Positions 1 through 54,399 of a stretch of DNA of 64,000 nucleotides are shown here, piece after piece; position 1 is the first letter of the stretch; each line of letters begins with the position of its first letter. The translations under genes and the position numbers were made by a program. The stretch is taken from NCBI GenBank assembly GCA_964016885.1, contig OZ024766.1, forward strand, positions 11,842,001-11,906,000, written 5' to 3'. Origin of the DNA: Eledone cirrhosa (lineage: Eukaryota). Under the pieces are notes generated by a model. The model was not told the origin of the DNA. It worked only from the letters and a program-made list of their open reading frames with translations, and searched no databases.

Positions 1-300
1 AGGAAAACATGCGTAAAGATCGGCGGATCACTCTGGATGCTCTCTGCATTTTGGTTCCTGAGGTTTCCCGAAGCACCATCCACAGGATTTTAACGGGAAA
101 GTTGCGACTGTCTTGTCAGAAATTGACGGTCTCCCGCTCCTTTGTTCGTCGTGAATTTCAGTACGAGCGGCTGTAAACTCTCTACACCATTTGCGAACGT
201 TTTTGACATCCATGCACGACTGTCCATACACTTCCGTCAATTGGCGATGAATTTCAATCGGTTCAACGCCTTTTGTGTTGAAAAACCGAATAACTAAGGG
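1..300. mobile_element. Mariner/Tc1 transposase N-terminal relic, internally inverted
   Basis: Minus strand about 295-106 reads VIRFFNTKGVEPIEIHRQLTEVYG...VRKWCREF...DEQRSGRPS (mariner HTH). Plus strand 3-104 reads ENMRKDRRITLDAL...VSRSTIHRILTGKL, the following HTH segment. Confidence 0.85.
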
Positions 301-638
301 AGCTCAATTCTCACCGGCTGCCAAGCCAAGATTGAGCATCCCAGCAAAGCGCGGGCATGCTTGTTTGGGAGTGAAGGGAGCACCAATCACAACAGTGTTG
401 CCAACAGCCGTACGAACAGTTTCTCTGCGTTCCCATCACTTTGGAGACCTGACTTTTGGGATTGCCCTCGTATGTTCCAAACACCCCTGGTTCTGTGATA
501 CAAAACTTTATTTTAAAGTGTTTATATGGGCAGTGCCCCAGCATGGCCTCAGCCGGATGGCTGGAACAGGTAAAAGAGTAATTTATCTAAAAACGTTCCA
601 TCATAATTTTATGTAAAAACTTTATGTTCCAAACACCA

Positions 639-863
639 ACAGTGTCTTTCATTAGAAATATGGTAATGAAAGGGTTAAACCATAGGGGACAGTGTCTTTC
701 ATTAGAAATATGGTAATGAAAGGGTTAAACCATAGGGGACAGTGTCTTTCATTAGAAATATGGTAATGAAAGGGTTAAACCATAAGGGACAGTGTCTTTC
801 ATTAGAAATATGGTAATGACAGGGTTAAACCATAGGGGACAGTGTCCCCTATGGTTTAACCCT
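639..863. repeat. 50-bp tandem repeat (about 4 copies) ending in a perfect hairpin with 21-bp arms
   Basis: Unit acagtgtctttcattagaaatatggtaatgaaagggttaaaccatagggg. Bases 821-841 are the reverse complement of 843-863. Confidence 0.9.
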
Positions 864-1037
864 TTTAAAGAAGTGAATCTTAAAATAAGCAACAAAATTA
901 TTTATATTTAATAAAGAATTACAAAATTTAGTAGATAAATTATGTAATATTCATTCATTATTTATTCCAAGTAATCCAACTTATTTTACAAACGAGATAA
1001 AAAAAATATTTTCTGGATGCAGTCCCGCGCTCCTTAC

Positions 1038-1043
1038 TTTATT
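1038..1043 (-). promoter_or_regulatory. Candidate polyadenylation signal AATAAA of gene 1 (a second candidate at 961-966)
   Basis: tttatt on the + strand about 30 nt past the stop codon. The context is AT-rich, so a chance match is possible. Confidence 0.4.
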
Positions 1044-1071
1044 ATAGTTTAGATTATTGTGAAGTCATTGT

Positions 1072-41035
<39,964 letters not shown>

Positions 41036-41119
41036 GACTTCACCGCTTCGTGTGTATATGTGTGTATATATGTGTACCTACAGCTGAAATAGAGCTCACT
41101 GGAATGTCGTACTCTCTCT

Positions 41120-41349
41120 CTCTCTATATTTATATATGTATATATATGTGTGTGTATGTGTGTGTAAGGGGGTGCTTGTATATACATATATATATATATA
41201 TATGTGAGTGTGTGTATGTATATACATATATATATGTATGTATATATATATGTATACACACACACATATATATATATATACATACACACATATATATATA
41301 CATACACATACACACACATATATATATGTATATAGATACACATATATAT

Positions 41350-41380
<31 letters not shown>

Positions 41381-41413
41381 TACACACATATATATATATA
41401 TACACACACACAC

Positions 41414-41509
<96 letters not shown>

Positions 41510-41594
41510 ACACACACATATATATATATATCTATATATATATATATATGCACACAGATTGCAAGCATGGAAAAGTGGACGTAAAATGAAATGA

Positions 41595-41651
<57 letters not shown>

Positions 41652-41652
41652 C

Positions 41653-41727
<75 letters not shown>

Positions 41728-41758
41728 TATATACATATATATATACATATATATATAC

Positions 41759-41813
<55 letters not shown>

Positions 41814-41830
41814 CACATATATATATATAT

Positions 41831-41883
<53 letters not shown>

Positions 41884-42161
41884 TATAGGATTACCCAAGA
41901 TGTAGTGAAGTTTATGATGTCTACCTGTTATTATTCATTCTTTATATATATATATATATGTATATACAGGTGTATATATATAATATATATATGAAATATA
42001 TATATATATATATGTGCGCATACATACACACACATATATATATGTTTATATGTATATATATATACATATTTATATATTTATGAACACATGTATGTGTCTG
42101 CATGTATATATTTTTATATATCTGTGTGCATATATATATATATATATATGTGTGTGTATAC

Positions 42162-42195
<34 letters not shown>

Positions 42196-43160
42196 GTGTG
42201 TGTGTGTGTATATATATATATATGTGTGTATGTATATACATATGTGTGTGTGTATATATATATATGTGTATCTATATATATATGTGTGTGTATGTATATA
42301 TATATATGTGTGTATGTATATATATATGTGTGTGTATACATATATATATGTGTGTGTATACATATATATATATGTGTGTATATATATATGTGTGTGTATA
42401 TATATAGATGTGTGTGTATATATATATATGTGTGTGTATATATATATGTGTGTATATATATATATGTGTGTGTATATATATATATATATGTGTGTGTATG
42501 TATATATGTGTGTGTGTGTATACATATATATATATATATATATGTGTGTGTGTATACATATATATATATATGTGTGTGTATACATATATATATTATATGA
42601 AATGATCATGACTGATGTATATACACATATATAAGCTTAACAAAGGGAACAGTGTATGTGTGGTGGGGGTGGGGGGTTAATGTTTGTGTCTGTGTGGTAT
42701 ATATATATATATATATACTACTGTAAAGGTAAACCCATACGTACATATATATATATGTCTGCATGTATGTATATATAAATATATACTACTGTAAAGGTAA
42801 ACCCATACGTACATATATATATATATATATGTGTGCATGTATGTATGTATATACATACTGCTGTAAAGGTAAACCCATACGTACACATATATGTGTGCAT
42901 GTATGTATATATATATATATACTACTGTAAAGGTAAACCCATACGTACATACATACACATATATGTGTGCATGTATGTATATATATATACTACTGTAAAG
43001 GTAAACCCATACGTACACACATATGTGTGCATGTATGTATGTATATATATATATACTACTGTAAAGTTAAACCCATACACACATATATATATGTGTGCAT
43101 GTATGTATATATATATACATACTACTGTACGTCTGTATACATATATGTATGTACGTATAC
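41120..43160. repeat. (TA)n/(CA)n/(TG)n field with a repeat of about 62 bp (tactactgtaaaggtaaacccatacgtac) at 42715-43130
   Basis: Direct inspection. Confidence 0.9.
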
Positions 43161-43267
43161 ATATATTTAAGTATCAGCCATACTAAGAGTGAGAAATGAA
43201 ATTTCATTTTTTCCATTTATATATATATCCAGATGGCTTCCAAAAATAATAGTTGCATTTTAAAAGG

Positions 43268-44042
<775 letters not shown>

Positions 44043-44143
44043 TCTACTCCAAAAACTTGTTGAGTGCTTTATATCAGTTATAAAATATTTACTTGTTGTA
44101 ACCCAACAATTTTAAATAAAACTTTTGCATATATATATATATA

Positions 44144-44175
<32 letters not shown>

Positions 44176-44477
44176 ATATAAGATCAAAAGATGGTTAAAG
44201 GAGTTCCATGTATTTTATTATGCGCATTTCATATTATGTATACTCCAGTCCTACAAACTGTAGAGTGCTTCTTATCCGATATCTGCATTGCTTTATTGTA
44301 CTACAATAAAACTCACCTCCTACATTATATATATATCATCATCATCATCACAGTTTAATGTACATTCTTCATGCATGGGCTGGACAGTGAAGGACAGTGA
44401 TGCGCTTGGTTTGGTCTGGTGACTAAGGCTTACTAAAACTCGTATAACTAATGGCTTGGCTTCCCACAGTTGGTGAC

Positions 44478-44494
44478 ACACCACCACACACATA

Positions 44495-44575
<81 letters not shown>

Positions 44576-45480
44576 ACGCTCTCACACTCACACACTCACA
44601 CTCACACACTCACACTCACACACTCACAGACACACACTCAGACACACACTCACAGACACACACTCACAGACACACACTCACAGACACACACTCACAGACA
44701 CACACTCACAGACACACACTCACAGACACACACTCACAGACACACACTCACAGACACACACTCACAGACACACACTCAGACACACACTCACAGACACACA
44801 CTCACACACACTCACTCACACACATACACACACTCACAGACACACACTCACAGACACACACTCACAGACACACACTCACAGACACACACTCACAGACACA
44901 CACTCACTCACAGACACTCACTCACAGACACACACTCACAGACACACACTCACACACACACACTCACACACTCACACTCACAGACACACACTCACAGACA
45001 CACACTCACAGACACACACTCACAGACACACACTCACAGACACACACTCACAGACACACACTCACAGACACACACTCACAGACACACACTCACAGACACA
45101 CACTCACAGACACACACTCACAGACACACACTCACAGACACACACTCACAGACACACACTCACACACTCACAGACACACACACTCACAGACACACACACT
45201 CACAGACACACACTCACAGACACTCACAGACACTCACACTCACTCACACACACACACACACTGACACTCACACACACACTCACACATACACACGGACACA
45301 GACACACTCACACTCACTCTCACACACACACTGACACTCACACACACACTCACACATACACACGGACACAGACACACTCACACTCACTCTCACATACATA
45401 CACACACACACACTCACACCCACACGCATATACATATATAGATATATATATATGTACATTTACACACACACACAGATATA
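44478..45480. repeat. (CA)n-derived 14-bp repeat cacacactcacaga
   Basis: Direct inspection. Confidence 0.93.
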
Positions 45481-45484
45481 TATA

Positions 45485-46550
45485 TCATCATCATCGTTCA
45501 ACGTCCATCTTCCACGCTAGCATGGGTTTAGACGGGAGTTTTCCCACTTGAGGCAAGATTGGTTGTCTTGCTCGTATAGGACTGTCTGGCAGGTTTTCTA
45601 CGGCTGGATGCCCTTCCTAACACCAACCACGTTTACAGTGTGGACTGGGAGGTTTTTACCGTGTTACCTACACGGCCACATTACAGCGTGGACTGTGTGT
45701 TTTTTGTCGTGACACCTACACAACCTCATTTGTTTAGGACTGGATGTTGTGGTACCAACATAACATAACTTTACATTGAAGGGGGTGGTGTAGATGGCGG
45801 TGGGGGTAGTGGGACGGGGGTGTATTTTGTTAGAGGTGCCTACTGACTGTAGGTTTTGCTTTGTACTTAGGCAAGGCGGGTCTTCTGTATTACTGTGTAG
45901 CGCCAAAGATCTCGGTCCAGTGACATTGTCTTGGAGAGGTGTAAGTGTGTGAGGTCGGAATTTATCAAGTCGTCCCAGGTTTTTCTGGGTCTGCCTACTC
46001 CGTGGCTACCGTCTATTTTTATCGTCCTGCACTTTTTTTATACAGCTGTCGTCTTTCATGCGCATCACGTGACCATACCAACGTAGTCTTCTCTCGAGTA
46101 AACAGCATCTGATCCCTCTTATTTCTAATTTCTCCCTTAGTTCGTTTATGCTTTGCCGTTCACGTATATTACTATTACACATCCAGCGGAGCATGCAAGC
46201 TTCGTTCCTCTCCAGTCTGCGTATATCCTCTGCACACAATGCCCAGGTCTCACTGCCATGTAACATTGCTGTTCGTATGCAGGCATCATACAGCCTGCCT
46301 TTCATTTTTAGAGAGAACCCTTTAGCGGCCAATAGTGGTATAAGCTCTCTGAACTTTTTACATCCAGTTCTGACTCTGGCTACAGTACTTTCAGAGCACC
46401 CTCCCCCACTGCTGATTTTGTCACCCAGGTAACGGAAGGTGTCCACTATTTCTATAGAACCATCTGTGCAATGGAAGGAGCTAGTATCCTTTGGGCACTT
46501 GCTGCTACTTATTGCACCAGAGCACCGGCCACATATAAAATCTATATTCT
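45485..46550 (-). mobile_element. 3' portion (about 1.06 kb) of the same RTE LINE as 47895-50545, inverted
   Basis: KNIDFICGRC...FRYLG...MLHGSETW...RRLRWYGHVMRM plus the same 3' tail. Confidence 0.92.
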
Positions 46551-46712
46551 TTACACACACACAGATATATATATATATACACACACATATATATATATAT
46601 GTACATTTACACACACAGATATATATATATATATATACACACACACAGATTTATATATATATGTACATTTACACACACACACACACAAACATATATATGT
46701 ATACACACACAC

Positions 46713-46757
<45 letters not shown>

Positions 46758-46802
46758 TTTACACACATACACACACACACATATATATGTATACACACAC
46801 AC

Positions 46803-46847
<45 letters not shown>

Positions 46848-46868
46848 GATATATATATATGTACATTT

Positions 46869-46906
<38 letters not shown>

Positions 46907-46956
46907 TTACACACACAGATATATATATATATATGTACATTTACACACACACACAG

Positions 46957-47013
<57 letters not shown>

Positions 47014-47180
47014 CACACACACAGATATATATATGTACATTTACACACACACATATATATATAAATATATAAATATATTTACACACACACACACACAGAT
47101 ATATATATATATATATGTACATTTACACAGACACACACACATACATACATATATATATTTATATATATATGCATATATAT

Positions 47181-47527
47181 GGAGGCACATGGCTTAGTGG
47201 TTAGAGCATTGGCCTTGCAATCAAAAGGTTGTGAGTTCAATTCTCAGACCGGGTGATGTGTTGTTTCCTTGAGCAAGACACATTATTTCACATTGCTCCA
47301 GTTTACTCAGCTGTAGAAATGAGATGATAGGGACTGGGGTCCCTATCATTCCACTGCAAAGTGGTCGTGGAGGTGCCACGGCAAAAAAGCACCCAGCACT
47401 CACTGTAAATGAGGTTGGTGTTAGGAAGGGCATCCAGCTGTAGAGATCAAGCCAGAATCAGTTCCCGTCCCACCCTTGCAAGCAGGGAAAAGTGGATGTA
47501 AAATGAAATGATGAAATGATGAAATGA
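47181..47527 (+). mobile_element. CORE-SINE, full-length copy
   Basis: Family match. Confidence 0.88.
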
Positions 47528-47894
47528 TATATGTATATACAGTTATGTACAAGTGGGACACTGTCTGCTGACCAATCCTGCCACAATTGGAACAAAACCG
47601 TCCAACCCATGCTAGTATGAAAGATGGACGTTAAACGATGTTGATGATGATGATGATGATGTATTATATATATGTAAATCGCGCCGAGGTTAACTTTGCC
47701 TTTCATACGGGGGTCGATAAAATAAAGTACCAGTAATGCACTGGGATAATTGCTGGCCTTGTGCCAAACGTAGAAACAATTACATATATGTATATATATA
47801 AATGTCCGTGGAAGAACGGACGTAAAACGGTGATGATGATGATATACATACATTATATATATATATTTATATATATAATATATTATATATATAC

Positions 47895-50545
47895 TCGTAC
47901 TCGACAGCAGAAGAGGACTATCCTCAGGAGAAAAATATGGAAGCTAAAGGACCCCACAGCCAGAAACAAATTTAAAAGCATATTACTTGATGCTTTCGAC
48001 AGTAAGGAAGAGCATTTAGAGGAACAGTGGGAATTCCTGAAAGCAAACCTGCTGATGCCGGCAGACAAAGTCTGTGGCTGGAGCAGGCCTATAGGCAGGA
48101 GGAGAGTAACGTGGTGGTGGAACAGTAAGGTGGAGGAGTCAATTAAGGCCAAAAAGCAGGCTTGGAAAGTATGGCGGGATGGGTGAAGTAGAGAAGACTA
48201 TCAAGTGGCCAAGAGGGAAGCTAGGAGACAAGTGTACTTCGCAAGAAGGGAAACAGAGGAAAGAAAGTTCAAGCATGTTCTACAACGCGAGGACCAAAAA
48301 CGTGAGGTGTTCAGGATTGCTAGGCAATGTGTCAAGGAAAACCGTGATATTGTCGGGGAGAAGTGTGTCCTTAATGATGATGGTGTACTTGCCATCACTG
48401 ACGCTGATAAGAAGGTAGCTTGGAAGTGTCACTACGAAAGGCTACTAAATGAGGAGAATAAATGGGAGAAAGACAGTCTCCCCCACATCGACCCAATAGA
48501 GGGACCAGCAGTGTTAGTTGAAGGTAGTATAATAAGTAAGGCAATCAAAGATATGAAGACGGGTAAGGCGGTTGGGCCTTTGGAAATAGTTGCTGAAATG
48601 CTGAAAGCTTCTGGAACGGTGGGACACACCATGGTCACCCGGATAGTAAACCAAGTCATACAGAATGGGGTCGTTCCGAAGGACTGGCGTAGCAGCATCA
48701 TCATTAACTGCTACAAGGGTAAAGGAGATGCCCTAGATAGGAGTAACTATAGAGGCACTAATTAATCGACCAGGTTATGAAGGTCACAGAAAAAGTAATA
48801 GCGCAACTAATCAGAGCGAGAATTTATCTAGATGAAATGCAGTTCGGGTTTGTGTCGGGTAAAAGTACCACAGACGCTCTTTTCATTGTACGACAACTAC
48901 AGGAGAAGTACCTAGCTAAAAGTAAACGCCTATACTTAGCTTTTGTCGACTTGGAGAAAGCCTTCGACAGAGTCCCCCATTCCATTATCTGGTGGGCTCT
49001 TAGAAAACTAGGTGTTGATGAATGGCTTGTGAGAGCTATACAAGCCATGTATAAAGAAACAGTCAGCAAGGTTAGAATTAACAACAAATATAGTGAAGAT
49101 TTAGCGTAAAAGTTGGTGTTCATCAGGGCTCTGTTCTTAGTCCCCTACTATTTATTATTGCCCTTCAGGCTATAACAGTGGAGTTCAAGACCGGCTGCCC
49201 ATGGGAACTCCTATACGCAGGTGATCTCATAGCTGAATCAATGGCCGAACTAGAGAAGAAATTCCAAACATGGAAGCATGGCCTAGAATCAAAAGGCCTT
49301 AAAATTAACCTGTCTAAGACTAAAGTTCTAGTTTGTAGGAAGGAAAATAGGGCGCCGGTCCCATCCGGGAAATGGCCATGCTCAGTGTGTAGGAAAGGAG
49401 TAGGTAGAAACTCCATTTTATGTCCCAAATGCAAAGTATGGGTGCATAAAAGATGTACTGGGATCACAGGTAAGCTAACTAAGAACATAGATTTTATATG
49501 TGGCCGGTGCTCTGGTGCAATAAGTAGCATACTTATGCCCAGAGGATACTAGCTCATTCCATTGCACAGATGGTTCTATAGAAATAGTGGACACCTTCCG
49601 TTACCTGGGTGACAAAATCAGCAGTGGGGGAGGGTGCTCTGAAAGTACAGTAGCTAGAGTCAGAACTGGATGGAAAAAGTTCAGGGAGCTTATACCACTA
49701 TTAGCCGCTAAAGGGTTCTCCCTAAAAATGAAAGGCAGGCTGTATGATGCCTGCATATGAACAGCAATGTTGCATGGCAGTGAGACCTGGGCATTGTGTG
49801 CAGAGGATATACGCAGACTGGAGAGGAACGAAGCTTGCATGCTCCGCTGGATGTGTAATAGTAATATACGTGAACGGCAAAGCATAAATGAACTAAGGGA
49901 AAATTAGAAATAAGAGGGATCAGATGTTGTTTACTCGAGAGAAGGCTACGTTGGTATGGTCACGTGATGCGCATGAAAGACGACAGCCGTATAAAAAAGT
50001 GCAGGGCGATAAAAATAGACGGTAGCCACGGAGTAGGCAGACCCAGAAAAACCTGGAAGACTTGATAAATTCCGACCTCACACACTTACACCTCTCCAAG
50101 ACAATGTCACTGGACCGAGACCTTTGGCGCTACACAGTAATAGAGAAGACTCGCCTTACCTAAGTACAAAGTGAAACCTACGACAGGCACCTCTAACAAA
50201 ATACACCCCCATCATATTACCCCCACCCCATCCACACCACCCCTTTCAATGTAAAGTTATGTTGGTACCACAACATCCAGTCCGAAACAAATGAGGTCGT
50301 GTAGGTGTCACGACAAAAAAAAACACACAGTCCACGCTGTAATGTGGCCGTGTAGGTAACACGGTAAAAACCTCCCAGCCCACACTGTAAATGTGGTTGG
50401 TGTTAGGAAGGGCATCAAGCCTTAGAAAACCCGCCAGACAGTCCTATGCGAGCAAGACAACCACTCTTGCCTCAAGTGGGAAAACTCCCGTCCAAACCCA
50501 TGCAAGCGTGGAATATGGACGTTAAACGATGATGATGATGATGAT
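47895..50545 (+). mobile_element. 5'-truncated, pseudogenised RTE-clade LINE (RT with a PHD-like zinc finger)
   Basis: TWWWN, KGKGD...NYRG, QFGF..GKSTTDA, AFVDLEKAFDRVP, GVHQGSVLSPLLF, LLYAGDL (YADD mutated), CSVC...CPKC..WVHKRC...CGRC. Frameshifts and stops, (GAT)n tail. Confidence 0.95.
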
Positions 50546-50558
50546 GAAATATATATAT

Positions 50559-50604
<46 letters not shown>

Positions 50605-51141
50605 TATATCATCATCATCATCATCATCATCAACGTTTAACGTCCGTGTTCCACGCTTGCATGGGTTTGGACGGGGGTTTTCCCACTTGAGGCAAGAGTG
50701 ATTGTCTTGCTTGCATAGGACTGTCTGGCGGGTTTTCTACAGCTGGATGCCCTTCCTAACACCAACCACATTTACAGTGTGGGGCTGGGAGGTTTTTACC
50801 GTGTTGCCTACACGGCCACATTACAGCGTGGACTGTGTGTTTTTTTTTGTCGTGACACCTACACGATCTCATTTGTTTCGGCCTGGATGTATATAATATA
50901 TAATATATTATATATATATAATATATTATATATATATATATAATATATTTATATATATATATAATATATTATATATATATAATATATTATATATATTTAT
51001 ATATATATATATATACACACTGACACACTGTTTTTGTTAAACAGCTGTTGATAGGGCTCTTCAGAAAGAATTGTCTCACCATTTCTATAGAATAAAAAGA
51101 CTGTTTGAACAAGTGACATACAAACATATATATATAAACGC

Positions 51142-51190
<49 letters not shown>

Positions 51191-51856
51191 GTATGAACAA
51201 TAAGTGGATAATTTACATCTTGATGTGGTAGCTAAGTATATTTTATGGTTATACCATTACTTATTTGTATAGGTAAGTAAATATTACCTGTATGTCTTGT
51301 GAGGTTACGTATACTTTCTCGTGCGTATATTTGCTTGTATTTGTTATAGGTGTATATATTATATTATATATACTGGTACATGTGCATATGGTTATGTGTA
51401 TATGTGTATTTTGCGTCTGTGTGTGTATGTGGGTTTGCATGTATGTAGGGTGTGTGTGTATGTGTACTTTGTGTTTTGGTTGACGTACGTTTAGTGAACA
51501 TGTGCGTATTTACCTGTAAGTTAGTTTGTGCACGTGTTATATACGTATTTTATATGTATACATACACACACACATATATATATTTTTAATATGTTTTTAT
51601 ATGTATTTGGTGTATACGGTCGTATGTGTGCGGGTACAGGTGTTGCGGGGGTTTTGTATGTGTGCGTGTGTTTTTGTGTACATGCTTGTGTATGCATACC
51701 ATGGCGGCTGTTTTCGCGTATGCATGTGTATGTACGTAAATGGATGCGTGCATTTATGTAATTAATTATTGTTGATTTCAATAAAATCTGTAATTTATTT
51801 ACATTATTCTTAACTCTGAAGCTGAGAATCATTAGGTTTCCTAAATAGAATTTTAG

Positions 51857-52112
51857 TTTATACCATAAATGTGGTTTTGTCTTTGCGTGTAATTGTTCTC
51901 ATCGCTCCACATAATGACGTATTATCTTCGTTTTTTTCCGGTCATTGCCAGGGAACGTCTCCACGAACCATCTAAATAGTATATTAGTCCACGACTTCAT
52001 TTATACCATAAACGTGGTTTTGTCTTTGCATGTAATTGTTCTCACCGCTCCGAATAAAGATGTATTATCTTCGTTTTTTCCATTCATTGCTAGGGAACGT
52101 CTCCACGAACCA
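51857..52112. repeat. Direct duplication of about 143 bp
   Basis: ttataccataaa...agggaacgtctccacgaacca occurs twice. Confidence 0.8.
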
Positions 52113-52489
52113 AAGTATCACCTTCCTGTCTTCCTTCATTTGCAACATTTTTTGAAATATTTACTTCTGCGTTCACAGATTGATTCTTTTAGTTTCAGAA
52201 GATCTCGCTAAGGGTGAAAGCAGCGATTCTTTGCTTAAACTTTAATCTCTTATTTTAATAAATATATATATATATACACGCTGAATCAAATATAGATGTA
52301 TATATAAACAGAAATGCGCGCACACACATTATATATATATTATACATCATTATCATCATTTAATGTCCATTTTCCCACACTAGCAAGCTCATACAGAACT
52401 GATTTTGGTTTGGTTTTCTACGACTGGATGTCCTTCCTATGACCAATCACATTTACAGTCTGGAATGGATGCATTTGGTCCTGTCACCA

Positions 52490-52960
52490 TCATGACTACT
52501 TTACAGTGTGGGCTGGGTACTTTTTGTTGTGACACCTACATGACCACTTTACAGTGTGGACTGGGTGATTTTTGTCGTGACACCTACATGACCACTTTAC
52601 AGTGTGGACTGGGTGATTTTTTTTGTTGTGACACCTACATGACCACTTTACAGTGTGGACTGGGTGTCTTTTGTTGTGACACCTACATGACCACTTTACA
52701 GTGTGGACTGGGTGATTTTTGTCGTGACACCTACATGACCACTTTACAGTGTGGACTGGGTGATTTTTTTTTGTCATGACACCTACATGACCACTTTACA
52801 GTGAGGACTGGGTGTCTTTTGTTGTGACACCTACATGACCACTTTACAGTGTGGACTGGGTGATTTTTGTCGTGACACCTACATGACCACTTTACAGTGT
52901 GGACTGGGTGCTTTTTGTCGTGATACCTTCATGACAACTTTACAGTGTGGACTGGGTGCT
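52490..52960. repeat. Tandem repeat of about 48 bp inside a retroposon tail
   Basis: Unit acatgaccactttacagtgtggactgggtgatttttgtcgtgacacct. Confidence 0.9.
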
Positions 52961-53286
52961 ATATATATATATATATGTACATACATACACACACACACAT
53001 ATATATATGTATACTCATACATACATACATATACACACATCTATCTATATATATATTTTGTATATATATATATATGTATATAGTAATAGTAATTAGTGTG
53101 AAGACTAAAATCCAAAGAGCGCCCGATAAATATAAATATATATAACAATATATATAAATATATATTCAGAAGATCCCCATTAAGGGTGAAAGCAGCGATT
53201 CTTTGCTTAAACTTCAATCTGTTATTTTAATAAATATATATATATATATATATATGTGTGTGTATATCTATGTATGTATGTATGTA

Positions 53287-53382
<96 letters not shown>

Positions 53383-53652
53383 GAGACGTGTGTGGTTTAT
53401 CTGTATTTAGGGTAGTTTTGACAATCGATACCCCTCTTCCCCCAGCATGACAGCTGGTATCTTTCCCATCCAGTGACATTCATAGTAACATTGATTCAGT
53501 GTCATGACAAAGCAGTTTTTTTCTCCCACCCTCTCCTGTGTGTGTATATGTTTGTATGTATGTGTGTGTATTTGTACTGTGTGTATGGAAGGATGGAGTG
53601 ATGTATGGATATGTGTGTGTGTGTATAAATATATATACATATATATATATAT

Positions 53653-54189
53653 GGAGGCACATAGCTTAGTGGTTAGAGCATTGGCCTTGCAATCGAAAGG
53701 TTGTGAGTCTAATTCTCAGAGTGGGTCATGTGTTGTTTCCTTGAGCAAGACACTTTATTTCACATTGCTCCAGTTTACTCAGCTGTAGAAATGAGATGAT
53801 AGGGACCCTAGTCGCTATCATTCCACTGCAAAGTGGTTGTGGAGGTGCCACGCCAAAAAAGCACCCAGCACTCACTGTAAAGTGGTCGTGTAGGTGCCAC
53901 AGCAAAAAAACACCCAGCACTCTCTATAAAGTGGTCGTGGAGGTGCCACGGCAAAAAAGTACCCAGCCTACACTGTAAAGTGGACGTGTAGGTGCCACGG
54001 CAAAAAAGTACCCAGCCCACACTGTAAAGTGGATGTGTAGGTGCCACGGCAAAAAAGTACCCAGCCTACACTGTAAATGAGGTTGGTGTTAGGAAGGGCA
54101 TCCAGCTGTAGAAATCAAGCCAGAACCAGTCACCGTCCCACCCTTGCAAGCAGGGAAAAGCGGATGTAAAATGATAATGATGATGATGA
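53653..54189 (+). mobile_element. CORE-SINE with its internal unit of about 48 bp repeated about 5 times
   Basis: Family match, with gtaaagtgg..gtgtaggtgccacggcaaaaaa repeats. Confidence 0.87.
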
Positions 54190-54399
54190 TATATATATAT
54201 ATATTTCGTTTCTGAATTTGTTTAGCAAGATTCTTTATCAGAAAATGTGTGTTGAAACTGATATTGTTATACTTCGGGACGGTCATGTTGCCAATAAGAA
54301 ACACACGCACCAGTTGCTGTCACTCCAATTTATTATAAATTAAATTTATAAATAAATTTAAGAAATTTATAAATTTCCAGTTGGTTGGTTCCACAACTG

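Noticed and set aside
47181-47255. tRNA gene (A and B boxes, CTTGCAA loop)
   Set aside because: It is a SINE head. The acceptor stem does not pair and it continues into CORE and RTE-tail modules in every copy.
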